DNA from: an uncultured delta proteobacterium
GTDB taxonomy: Bacteria > Myxococcota_A > Polyangia > Polyangiales > Polyangiaceae
Direction: 5' to 3'
Assembly: GCA_963841435.1 (NCBI GenBank)
Contig: CAWJCS010000001.1
Span: forward strand, 128,001-192,000
Length of the DNA: 64,000 nt
The notes beneath the pieces were generated by a model, which searched no databases, was not told the origin of the DNA, and saw only the letters and a program-made list of their open reading frames with translations. Shown one piece after another: positions 28,584 to 38,828 of the stretch (positions within the stretch are counted from its first letter, which is position 1; each line of letters starts with the position of its first letter). Both the position numbers and the translations under genes were made by a program.

Positions 28584-29030
28584 TCAGTGCACCAGATCGG
28601 GCGTGCAGCCGTCACCGCGGCATGCCTCCACCTTGACGCGCGCGAGCATTTGTTCCGCGTTCGCCCAGCAGCCTTCCGCCGTGGAATCGAAGGTGTTGCG
28701 ATAGATCCTCCGGCCCGGGGCACGGTTGCCGAACACGGGCACGGTGGCGGACCGTCCGCTCTGGAAATCGATGCGCGCCCGGAAGCGGTACACGTTGCGC
28801 GGCGGGTTCGTGCTCGTGTAGCCGTCGGCCGGCGCGTCGAAGTAGAGCTGGTAGTGGATCTTGCAGCCCTCGCTCGCGACGATCACGCGCTCGAACACGT
28901 GGCCGTGCACGTTCGCCGTAAACTCCGAGTTCTGCGACCAGGCCAGGGCCAACGAGCTGACGCAAAGGACGCCGAACGCCGCCAGGAGGCGCGGCGCGCG
29001 CGAGGCTTTCCGTGTTCCGAACCAGCGCAT
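28584..29030 (-). CDS. Hypothetical secreted protein
   Basis: Signal peptide ending SSLALA-W; four Cys in the mature part; GC3 bias. Confidence 0.65.
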   Translation of the reverse strand: MRWFGTRKASRAPRLLAAFGVLCVSSLALAWSQNSEFTANVHGHVFERVIVASEGCKIHYQLYFDAPADGYTSTNPPRNVYRFRARIDFQSGRSATVPVFGNRAPGRRIYRNTFDSTAEGCWANAEQMLARVKVEACRGDGCTPDLVH

Positions 29031-29080
29031 CGCAAAGGACGATACCTTCGCTCGCGCTCTCCACCAAGCGTGAAGCACCG

Positions 29081-29650
29081 TCACGTCGAGGCTAGTGCGA
29101 GCGACCGCTCCGTCACGATGCGAAACAGGCGCTCGCGGCGGTCCTCGTTCCAGGTAAAAAGCGCGATCCGGTCGAGCCGACGCTCGAGCGAGCCGAGCGC
29201 AAGGGCGCCGGCCCAGGCGAGACCCTGCCGGCGCGCTTCGTCCGTCGCGCGCCGCGTGGGGCGCGCGAGCGTCACGTGCGCCCTGGGCGGGCGCGCCTCA
29301 CGCCGCCCGATCGCCGCCTCGCTCAAGGGATCGCGTAGCCTTGCGATCAGGGACTCGGTCTCGGTGCGACCGCGCTCGAGAAGCGCCGAGAGCGCCGTGT
29401 ACTGCCTGGCACGCCCCATGGGTACGACTTCGCCGAGCGTCACGTCGAGCGCCGTGGGGCGCCCTGCCGCGAGCGCTTCGTCGAGCGCGTCGAGAGCCCG
29501 CTTTGCGCGCTCCTCGCCGCACGCGCCGAGGAAGACGAGGGTCAGGTGCACGTCGTCCGGGTGGAAGCGGCGAAAGCCCGGCGGTAGCTCGGGCAGCTCG
29601 CTCATGAAGCTTCCCTCGACGGGGAAGGCAAAGAACCAGTTCGGCCGCAC
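29081..29650 (-). CDS. thpR: RNA 2',3'-cyclic phosphodiesterase (2H phosphoesterase)
   Basis: Two HxT motifs: HLTLVFLG and HVTLAR. Confidence 0.85.
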   Translation of the reverse strand: MRPNWFFAFPVEGSFMSELPELPPGFRRFHPDDVHLTLVFLGACGEERAKRALDALDEALAAGRPTALDVTLGEVVPMGRARQYTALSALLERGRTETESLIARLRDPLSEAAIGRREARPPRAHVTLARPTRRATDEARRQGLAWAGALALGSLERRLDRIALFTWNEDRRERLFRIVTERSLALAST

Positions 29651-29727
29651 CTCGAGCTCGGCTTAGCATTGCTGTCACGAAGCGGCGCGGCCGCGGGATC
29701 GCTCGCGCCAAAGTCCGGTGCAAGGTG

Positions 29728-30546
29728 TCAGGTTGCGGCGGCACGTTCCGGGGCGAGCTCGAAGAGCTCGCTCACCGTCACGGTCGAGAGCCGGGCGCTC
29801 GCGATCCCCCGGAGCAGAGCGTCGAGCACGCCGAGGCTCGCGGGGCGATGATCGCCGCGCTCGGAGGCGTCGTGCAGCAGAAGGACCGCGCCGTCCTCGA
29901 GGGCGCCGAGGGAGCGCTCGAGCACGGCGGCCGGCGTCGCTCCGCGCCGTCCGTCGCGGGCGCGCCGCGAAAAGCCGACGAGCGAGAGTCCCTCGGCCTC
30001 GGCTGCTAGCGCCACGGTGTGGCTCACGAGCCCGACTGGCGGCCGAAAGAGGCGGGGACGTGCGCCGCTCGCGCTCTCGAGGGCGGCGGCGCCGCGAGCC
30101 ATGTCGGCACGCAGGCGCGCCACGGGGCGCAGGGCATAGAGCCGGTCGTGAACGTGCCCGTGAAGCCCGAGCTCGTGGCCCGCCTCGACGAGCTCGCGCA
30201 CGAGCTTCGGGTGACGCACCGCCTTCTCGCCGAGCGCAAAAAACGTTGCGCGCGCGCCGTGCTCCGCGAGCGTCGAAAGGACCCGCGGCGTCGTCGCGGG
30301 ATCGGGGCCATCGTCGAACGTGAGCGCGACGCGCCCGAGCCCGGGTCTGCCATGGCCGAGCACCTCGCCCCACACGGAGAGCCCCGGCGCGAGCACGCCG
30401 AGCGTGCACATGGCGGCGTGGGCGGCGAGCCCGGCCGCGGAGAGTGCGAGCGCCGCGGGGCCGGTCGCCGCCCATGCGAGCGCGAGCAGGCCGCCGACGC
30501 TCGTCGCGTGCAGTGCGAAGCGTGCGGGGCTCGGGTTGGGCGGCAT
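29728..30546 (-). CDS. Polysaccharide deacetylase (CE4/NodB-like) with N-terminal TM
   Basis: ALTFDDGP, ATFF, HELGLHGHVH, LFRPPVG, LLLHD. Confidence 0.9.
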   Translation of the reverse strand: MPPNPSPARFALHATSVGGLLALAWAATGPAALALSAAGLAAHAAMCTLGVLAPGLSVWGEVLGHGRPGLGRVALTFDDGPDPATTPRVLSTLAEHGARATFFALGEKAVRHPKLVRELVEAGHELGLHGHVHDRLYALRPVARLRADMARGAAALESASGARPRLFRPPVGLVSHTVALAAEAEGLSLVGFSRRARDGRRGATPAAVLERSLGALEDGAVLLLHDASERGDHRPASLGVLDALLRGIASARLSTVTVSELFELAPERAAAT

Positions 30547-30608
30547 GGCCTTCGTGGGGCAACGAGCGTACCCTCGCGGGCGGCCGTCTCGAAGTCCGAA
30601 GCTCGCAC

Positions 30609-32021
30609 GTGCTCTTCAATACCCTCGCTTACGCCGAGTTCTTCGGCGTCGTCTTCGTCGCTTCCTGGCTGCTGGCCCGCGCCAAAAAGCTCCGGCTGCT
30701 GTTCCTGCTCGGCGCGAGCTACTTCTTCTACGCGCGCTGGGACTGGCGCTTCCTGCCGCTCATCTTCGGCTCGTCGACCGCCGACTGGCTGCTCGGCAAC
30801 GCCATCGCGCGCGCGCGCACGCCGCGGGCTCGCAAGCGCTGGCTGCTCGGGACCGTGATTTTGAATCTCGGCGTGCTCTCGATCTTCAAGTACTTCGACT
30901 TCGGAGTGGAGTCGGCACGCGCGTTCCTCGGCGTGCTCGGCTTCCATCCGCCCGAGCTGGCGCTCCATGTGGCGCTGCCCATCGGCATCAGCTTCTTCAC
31001 CTTCGAATCGATGAGCTACGTGATCGACGTGTACCGGGGCGACATCGAGCCGCATCCGAGCTACACGGAATATCTCGCCTTCGTCGCATTTTTCCCGCAT
31101 CTCGTCGCCGGCCCCATCGTGCGGCCACGCGACCTCTTGCCGCAGCTCGCCGGGACGCCGCGCTTCGACCCCGCGGAAGGCAGTGAAGGGCTCTTTTTGA
31201 TCGCGCTCGGGCTCGTCAAGAAGGTCGCCATCGGCGACTACCTCGCGCTAAATCTGGTCGATCGGGTCTTCGACGCTCCGTTCCAGTTCTCCGCCGTCGA
31301 ATGCTACGCCGCGGCGGTCGGCTACGCGGTGCAGATCTACACCGACTTCTCGGGCTACACGGACATCGCGATCGGCTCGGCGCTGTTGCTCGGCGTGCGC
31401 TTTCCGAAGAACTTCGACTCGCCGTATCAGTCGGCGTCCATCACCGAGTTCTGGCGGCGTTGGCACATCTCGCTCTCGACGTGGTTGCGCGACTACCTCT
31501 ACATCAGCCTCGGCGGCAACCGCCGTGGCCCCGCGCGCACGTACCTGAACCTCATGCTCACCATGCTGCTCGGCGGGCTCTGGCACGGCGCAAGCTGGAC
31601 CTTCGTCGCCTGGGGCGGGCTGCACGGTGGCGCGCTGGCCGTGAGCCGGTTCATCCGCGATCGGCGGGGCGCGGAGCCCGCGCTGCCCCGGCTCCATGTT
31701 CTGCGCGTGATAGCCACCTTCCACCTCGTTACCGCTGGGTGGATCCTCTTCCGCGCCGACGGGTTTTCGGCCGCAGCGGACTATTTTTCCAGGCTCGTGA
31801 CCTTCACCACCTACCACCCGAACCTCGACGGACGAGTGCTTTCTGTGCTCGCGCTGGGGCTCGCGAGCCACTACGTGCCTCACGGAGTCTATGACGCCGT
31901 GCGGCGGCGCTTCGTGGCGTTGCCCGCGGCCGCGCAGGGCGTGGCGCTATTTGCGGCGGCCCTCGTGGTTCGCGAGATGGCGAGCGCGGCGGCCGTGCCG
32001 TTCGTCTACTTCCAATTCTGA
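30609..32021 (+). CDS. MBOAT family O-acyltransferase (AlgI/DltB-like)
   Basis: LPIGISFFTFESMSY, FFPHLVAGPIVR, DFSGYTDIAIG, FWRRWHISLSTWLRDYLYISLGG, GLWHGASW, FVYFQF. Confidence 0.93.
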   Translation: MLFNTLAYAEFFGVVFVASWLLARAKKLRLLFLLGASYFFYARWDWRFLPLIFGSSTADWLLGNAIARARTPRARKRWLLGTVILNLGVLSIFKYFDFGVESARAFLGVLGFHPPELALHVALPIGISFFTFESMSYVIDVYRGDIEPHPSYTEYLAFVAFFPHLVAGPIVRPRDLLPQLAGTPRFDPAEGSEGLFLIALGLVKKVAIGDYLALNLVDRVFDAPFQFSAVECYAAAVGYAVQIYTDFSGYTDIAIGSALLLGVRFPKNFDSPYQSASITEFWRRWHISLSTWLRDYLYISLGGNRRGPARTYLNLMLTMLLGGLWHGASWTFVAWGGLHGGALAVSRFIRDRRGAEPALPRLHVLRVIATFHLVTAGWILFRADGFSAAADYFSRLVTFTTYHPNLDGRVLSVLALGLASHYVPHGVYDAVRRRFVALPAAAQGVALFAAALVVREMASAAAVPFVYFQF

Positions 32022-32077
32022 GGGTGACGCGCGGTCCCCGCCAAAGACTACGAGAGTAGTGCTAGGGTCGGCGGAAA

Positions 32078-32662
32078 ATGAGCGAGGTCGAGAAGAGTGA
32101 GCAGGCGGACTCCGAGGAGCCTCTGGCGAGCTCCGCGAAGGACCCGGCGAAGGCAAGCCCGGGCGAAGGGACTGACGAGGGCTCGGCGCCCCCGAAGACC
32201 GCGGCTGACAGCGAGGGATCCGAAGGGACCCCTGACCCAAGCGAAGCCGAAGCGGCAACGGCACCGCCCGGAGGCGAGGATGCGGCCGCGCGTGCGGACG
32301 ACGCCGCGCCCGAAGCTCCGAAGAAGAAGAAAAAGAAGAAGAAACGCGCCGTTGACGAGCCGAAGGAGCCACGGACGGAGCTCGATGCCGAAGGTCGAGA
32401 ACGTCCGCAGTTCGTGCTCGACTTCCCGTCCGATCCCGCGCTCGAACGGCTCGTTCGCGCCTTCGAGCTCGGCAACTACGCGTACGTGCGCGCACACGCT
32501 CCCGAGCTCGCCGAATCGTCCGAGGATGCGCGCGTGCGCGACGCCGCCGCCGAGCTCGCTCGGCGCATCCAGCCGGACCCGCTCGTGAAGATCCTGCTCG
32601 CCATGTCCGTGGCGCTGCTTCTGCTCGTCACGATCTGGACCTATCGCACGCATGGGCCGTGA
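32078..32662 (+). CDS. Hypothetical protein with acidic disordered N-terminus, poly-Lys run and C-terminal TM
   Basis: ORF track; KKKKKKKKR; 'AFELGNYAYVR'; hydrophobic C-terminus. Confidence 0.7.
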   Translation: MSEVEKSEQADSEEPLASSAKDPAKASPGEGTDEGSAPPKTAADSEGSEGTPDPSEAEAATAPPGGEDAAARADDAAPEAPKKKKKKKKRAVDEPKEPRTELDAEGRERPQFVLDFPSDPALERLVRAFELGNYAYVRAHAPELAESSEDARVRDAAAELARRIQPDPLVKILLAMSVALLLLVTIWTYRTHGP

Positions 32663-33239
32663 GCGACGCGCGGCAGCGGTCGCTGTCCTCGCGCTCGGCT
32701 GCGCGTCCGAGCGAGCCGTGGCCCCCGCCCCGGCCGCGTCCGTGCCGAGTGGTGTGGAGCGCTACCTCCCGCTGCCTGATGCCACGGTTTACACCTACGA
32801 GACCCGCAGTGAGCCGAGCGGCGAGCGCGGGCTCTTGATTCTCGAGGTACGGCGGCCCCGCCCGGACCTCGCCGAGCTCGTCGTGGCGGGCCGTGCGCAA
32901 CGCCTGACCATCAACGCGCACGACGTGGCGTACGTCACTGGAGGCTACCTGTTGCGTGAGCCGCTCACTCGCGGCGCCAAGTGGAAGGGTGACTTCGGGA
33001 CCGTGGAGCTTACGAACGTGGAGCGCAGCGTCACGTTGCCGGCCGGCGCTTTCTCGGGTTGCATCGAGACGGTCGAGCAGGCTCTCTCGAGCGAAGGCGA
33101 GAAGCGGACGACCACCGTGTTCTGCCCCGGCGTCGGGATTGCGAGCCGGGAAACCGAAGCCGAAGAGCAAGGGCTCCGCGCGAGCGAACGCATCATGCTG
33201 CGGAGCTTTGGGCCGCGCTTCGACCCCGCGGCACCCTGA
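32652..33239 (+). CDS. Hypothetical lipoprotein
   Basis: Lipobox LALGC; 'VTLPAGAFSGC...FCPGVG' motif; overlaps the upstream stop. Confidence 0.7.
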   Translation: MGRERRAAAVAVLALGCASERAVAPAPAASVPSGVERYLPLPDATVYTYETRSEPSGERGLLILEVRRPRPDLAELVVAGRAQRLTINAHDVAYVTGGYLLREPLTRGAKWKGDFGTVELTNVERSVTLPAGAFSGCIETVEQALSSEGEKRTTTVFCPGVGIASRETEAEEQGLRASERIMLRSFGPRFDPAAP

Positions 33240-33297
33240 GAGCGGAGGCGCCGGGGTCGGTAACCGGACTCGTCCAGGGTCCGTATCCCATGGACGG

Positions 33298-34155
33298 ATG
33301 AGTCGCCCCATCGAGCACCGCACGGCGTCGTGGCTCGCCGCCGTCGCGGCGACGGGAGCCCTCGCCGCAGCGGGCTGCACCCGGGCCTCGACGTCACCGA
33401 GAGCGGACGTGGAGCCGATGGCGGTCGCGGTCGCCGAGCCGTCGCCCCACCGCCTGGAGCCGTTGCCGCCGCCCGCCCCGGTGGCGGTCGTCGAGCTGTT
33501 CACGTCCGAAGGTTGCTCGAGCTGCCCGCCCGCCGACGACAATCTTGCCGCCATCGCCGCGGAGGCGGCGAGCGGCGGGCAGAACGTGCTCACGCTCGAG
33601 CTGCACGTCAACTACTGGGACGACCTCGGCTGGCCCGACCCCTTCGCGAGCCGCGTCTACACGGACCGGCAACGCCGCTACGCGGATCACTTCGGTGCGC
33701 GCGGCGTCTACACGCCACAACTGGTCGTCAACGGCCGCGAGGAGCTCGTCGGTTCTCGCGCCGCCGAGGCACGTTCCGCCATCGCGCGTGCGCTCACACG
33801 CCCCGCCAAGGCGCGGGTGGCTGTCGCGGTCGAGCCTGGCGCGAGCCCCGACGCGCCGCTCAGCGTCACCTACCGGGCCGCGTACGGCGCACCGGGCGAG
33901 CTCAACCTCGCCGTCGTGGAGGACGCGGCCGAAGTTCGCGTGCTTCGCGGCGAAAACGCCCGCCGTACGCTGAGCCACCACAACGTCGTCCGCGCGTTCG
34001 CGATGCGCCGCTTCACGGGCTCGGCCGACGGCGCCTGGACACCCGCCGTCTCGCCTTCGCTCGGCGGCGGCGCCCTGCACGTCGTCGGCTACGTCACGGA
34101 CGCGCAATCGCTCGCGATCGTCGGCGCGGGCGCGAGTGGTGTGCTCGAGCGCTGA
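33298..34155 (+). CDS. DUF1223 thioredoxin-like lipoprotein
   Basis: VVELFTSEGCSSCPPAD, HVNYWDDLGWPDPF, YTPQLVVNG, RGENARRTLSHHNVVR. Confidence 0.9.
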   Translation: MSRPIEHRTASWLAAVAATGALAAAGCTRASTSPRADVEPMAVAVAEPSPHRLEPLPPPAPVAVVELFTSEGCSSCPPADDNLAAIAAEAASGGQNVLTLELHVNYWDDLGWPDPFASRVYTDRQRRYADHFGARGVYTPQLVVNGREELVGSRAAEARSAIARALTRPAKARVAVAVEPGASPDAPLSVTYRAAYGAPGELNLAVVEDAAEVRVLRGENARRTLSHHNVVRAFAMRRFTGSADGAWTPAVSPSLGGGALHVVGYVTDAQSLAIVGAGASGVLER

Positions 34156-34177
34156 GCACGGCGGCCAGCGGAACGAG

Positions 34178-34382
34178 CTAGCACTACTGTCAGAGTCTTG
34201 GAGGAACAGATCACGATCCGGCAGAGAGAACATGAGCCACGAAAGCAACTGGCGCGGCCAGCGGGCGGCCGTCTTCGAGCACGAAATGGACGCAAGACGT
34301 GGGCGCCGCCGTCCGAAAAGTTCGCCGCTCGCCAATCTGCGAATTTCTCGAAGGAAACGCGAATCTCTGACAGTAGTGCTAG
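34178..34382. mobile_element. MITE-like element (197-bp core, 14-bp perfect terminal inverted repeats, CTAG on both flanks)
   Basis: ctag-cactactgtcagag (34178-34195) and ctctgacagtagtg-ctag (34365-34382) are exact reverse complements; no transposase inside. Confidence 0.75.
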
Positions 34383-34882
34383 ATGCCGCCGTCGGGCAGC
34401 ACGAGCTCCAGCGGCGCCTTCAGCGTGCAGGCGCCCTTCTCGCTGGTGAGCTCGAGTGGCGCCTGCATCGGATAGGCGGCGGTCTCCGCGATCATGCGAG
34501 CCGAGCCGAACGACCAGATCTGGCAGGAGAGCGCCTCGACACCCTCCACGGACGCTGCCCCACCTTCACCACCGGCTCCCGACGCTCCCGGGCCCGAGTC
34601 CGGCGGCCCGGCGTCGACGAGGTTGCCGTCCCGATCCGCCGCGTGACAGAACATCACTTCGGGGGTGCCCGGGTGCGCGAGCTCGAACGTCTCCTCGCCG
34701 CCGCCGTACTGAACGAGCAGCACGAGATCGGCTGGCAGCGGCCCCTCCGCGGCGCTGACGAGCACTTCGAAATCGGGCGCGCCGCTCGTGCAGGGCTCGG
34801 TCGGCCTGGGATCGGAGCCGCACGCGGCGGGCAGCTGTAGCAGGGCTGCCACGCCGACGAGAACGAGGAGACGGGTCCGCAT
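34379..34882 (-). CDS. Hypothetical lipoprotein
   Basis: MRTRLLVLVGVAALLQLPAAC lipobox; Gly-rich insert; stop codon lies within the MITE-flanking CTAG. Confidence 0.65.
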   Translation of the reverse strand: MRTRLLVLVGVAALLQLPAACGSDPRPTEPCTSGAPDFEVLVSAAEGPLPADLVLLVQYGGGEETFELAHPGTPEVMFCHAADRDGNLVDAGPPDSGPGASGAGGEGGAASVEGVEALSCQIWSFGSARMIAETAAYPMQAPLELTSEKGACTLKAPLELVLPDGGI

Positions 34883-35052
34883 GACCGGTGGGTGGGTGAT
34901 CCTAGGCGTCCCGCCCCTTCGGCGAAAGTCTTCACCCGCCACAAAACACGAACGGCGAGCGGCTGTTTCATGGTCGGCGGGGCCCCGGCCCCGCCTCGCG
35001 AGCGAGCTCGGGTCCGCCGCGCGAGGGCACGGTGCCACGCGGCTTCGGCTCG

Positions 35053-35092
35053 ACAAAACACGAACGGCGAGCCTTGTGGGCTCGCCGTTCGT
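35053..35092 (-). terminator. Rho-independent terminator downstream of groEL
   Basis: 14-bp stem ACGAACGGCGAGCC/GGCTCGCCGTTCGT (35060-35092) followed on the minus strand by GTTTTGT. Confidence 0.7.
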
Positions 35093-35148
35093 CTTGACGA
35101 CGCTTTCAGTTGGTCGTCGTTGGGGCCGGGGGCCCCAACGACCGATGA

Positions 35149-36786
<1,638 letters not shown>

Positions 36787-36815
36787 TCAAAAACTCCTTC
36801 GAGTGCTTTCTTCGA

Positions 36816-37112
36816 TCACTTCTCGATGACGCCGAGGATGTCGTCCTCGCGCAAAATGAGGTGCTCTTCCCCGTCGAGCTTCACCTCGGTCCCGCTGTAC
36901 TTGCCGAACAGGATGCGGTCGCCCGGCTTCACGTCGAGAGGCCGAACCTTTCCGTCGTCCTGGACCTTGCCGTTGCCGACGGCGATGACTTCACCCTCGA
37001 CCGGCTTCTCCTTCGCGGAGTCCGGGATGATGATCCCGCCCTTGGTCTTTTCCTCTTCCTTGACGCGCTTGACGATCACGCGGTCCTGCAGGGGTCGAAT
37101 CTTCGCGGACAT
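36816..37112 (-). CDS. groES: Co-chaperonin GroES
   Basis: [49 protein letters not shown]. Confidence 0.99.
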   Translation of the reverse strand: MSAKIRPLQDRVIVKRVKEEEKTKGGIIIPDSAKEKPVEGEVIAVGNGKVQDDGKVRPLDVKPGDRILFGKYSGTEVKLDGEEHLILREDDILGVIEK

Positions 37113-37262
37113 TCACTCCTCCGGTCTTGCTTGATGCTGGGTAGTTCCGGTCCGACGCACCGCTTCACGCGGTGTTCAGACACCCTCGCCCGACGCCCAG
37201 AATTGAGGCCGTTCGAGGGGGCCTGAGGCACGTAAGATGCCGGAATAACTCGATTTACCGGG

Positions 37263-37289
37263 CTGGCACTCACCTTTGGCGAGTGCTAG
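37263..37289. promoter_or_regulatory. CIRCE element (HrcA operator)
   Basis: CTGGCACTC-N9-GAGTGCTAG versus consensus TTAGCACTC-N9-GAGTGCTAA, upstream of groES. Confidence 0.9.
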
Positions 37290-37303
37290 CGCCAGGTGGC
37301 TGG

Positions 37304-37331
37304 AAGGTAGGCAGCAAGCGCCGTCTGTCAA
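37304..37331 (-). promoter_or_regulatory. Sigma70-type promoter of groES-groEL
   Basis: Minus strand TTGACA (37331-37326), 16 nt, TACCTT (37309-37304), immediately upstream of CIRCE; T-tract further upstream. Confidence 0.65.
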
Positions 37332-37554
37332 GGCGCCGGGGGAAAAAAAATACCGCGCGAGGTCACGATCCTCGGGGTTTCGGCTGGCAGCAGTGGGTGG
37401 AGACTGCCAAACAAAATCGTCGGGACCTGTACGGGCGAGCAGCATTGTCGCTAACTTCATGAAACGTTCCGTCGTTTAATTGGTAGAGCGTGACGAATCG
37501 AAGACGTTCGCATCTGTTCTCCCGGGACCACCGAGGTCGAGTCGGAGGGCCGGT

Positions 37555-38187
37555 ATGACGCGCGGCCCGGCGCCCTCGGTTGAGATTGATCTCTCCGCCG
37601 ACGTGCACGGGTACTTCGCCGAGCTACTGACCGCGGCCACCGAGGATCAGGGAATCGCCTCGACGGACGCGACGACGGCTTACGTCGCCGCGCTGCTTGC
37701 CGACTTCGCGCAGCCCGGCGTCCTCTGCCAGTCGGCGCTGGAGCGGCCGTTCACGCTGCTGCTCGCAGAGGCGTACGAGAGCGTGGGCCACGAGCGCTTC
37801 GAGCGCCTGCGCGCCGTCGGCGACGGAGCGCTCTACCTGCGCGGCTTCTTCTCCGAGCACCTCGAGACTCGTGGCGTCGCGCTGCGCTACGTGAGCTCCG
37901 TGGGCGCGAGCGCCTATGACGGTGCGGCGAGCATGCTGCGGCGCAACGTCAGCACCGAAGCGTGCTCCGTGCCCGATGTGTTCGGTGAGCTTTCGGAGCG
38001 GTTCGATGCCTTCGTTGCGCTCCTTTCGAGCGTGGCCGACCGCATCGTCGCGCAGAGCAGCGGTGCTTCCGCTGGCGGGGTGCTCCGCCTGTACGAGCGT
38101 TGGCTCCGCACGGGCTCGGACGAGATGGCACGGGCGCTCGGTGCGCAGGGCCTTTTGCCTCAACGCGGGAGCGGCGTGCTGCAGTGA
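37555..38187 (+). CDS. Hypothetical protein, divergent from groES
   Basis: GC3-biased ORF; motifs YVAALLADF, LRAVGDGALYLRGFF, VFGELSERF, LRLYERWLRTGS. Confidence 0.8.
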   Translation: MTRGPAPSVEIDLSADVHGYFAELLTAATEDQGIASTDATTAYVAALLADFAQPGVLCQSALERPFTLLLAEAYESVGHERFERLRAVGDGALYLRGFFSEHLETRGVALRYVSSVGASAYDGAASMLRRNVSTEACSVPDVFGELSERFDAFVALLSSVADRIVAQSSGASAGGVLRLYERWLRTGSDEMARALGAQGLLPQRGSGVLQ

Positions 38188-38783
38188 GCGAGCACGGTGC
38201 CCGCCTGACGCGACGCACCAAACGAGCCCTGTTCCGCGTGCAGTCACGGCTCGAGCGCTACTACGCGCTCGAGGGCGCGCCGAACGTCGTGGACTTCGCT
38301 TCCACGGCCTCGGCCGGCGAGCGCGAGGCCCTCTTCGTGCGTGACCTCGGCGAGCACGTCGAGATGATGCTGCGCGTGCCGTCGGCGCCCCGGCCCGGCG
38401 CTGCGAGCGACGAGTACCTGCAGCTCTGCGAGGGAGTGAGCCACTTTCTCTTCCTCGCAGAGCGCGTTCGAGTCGGCCTGCCCGCCACGCAGCTCGAGCT
38501 CGAGCTCCAGGCGGAGGTCAACAAGTTCGTCCTGCTCGCGCTCGAGCCAGCGGCCGCAGACCCCCGCCACGCTCGCGGCCTGCATTCGCGGCTGTTCAAC
38601 GACGTGGTCTACCTGCACCCGGCCGACACGGAAGCCGGCGAGCGCTACCGCCTCGCGAACGATCTTGCGGCGCGCCTTTCGCTCAGGCTGCTCGAGCGCG
38701 ACCCCGTCGAGGCACGCTCCCTTCTGCGGCGCTTCTACCGCGCCGGGCAGACCGAAAAGATCGCCCTCGCACGCGCCGCGTAG
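38184..38783 (+). CDS. Hypothetical protein coupled to the previous gene
   Basis: GTGA overlap; motifs EGVSHF, LELELQAEVNKF, ERYRLANDLAAR, LRRFYR. Confidence 0.8.
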   Translation: MSEHGARLTRRTKRALFRVQSRLERYYALEGAPNVVDFASTASAGEREALFVRDLGEHVEMMLRVPSAPRPGAASDEYLQLCEGVSHFLFLAERVRVGLPATQLELELQAEVNKFVLLALEPAAADPRHARGLHSRLFNDVVYLHPADTEAGERYRLANDLAARLSLRLLERDPVEARSLLRRFYRAGQTEKIALARAA

Positions 38784-38828
38784 GACCGTGGTGCGCCTGC
38801 GTCGGCGCCAATGCTAAAAGGGGCCCGA

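Noticed and set aside
32055-32065. AGTAGTGCTAG matching the MITE right end
   Set aside because: Only 11 bp, no partner repeat, and better explained as an extended -10 for the 32078 gene
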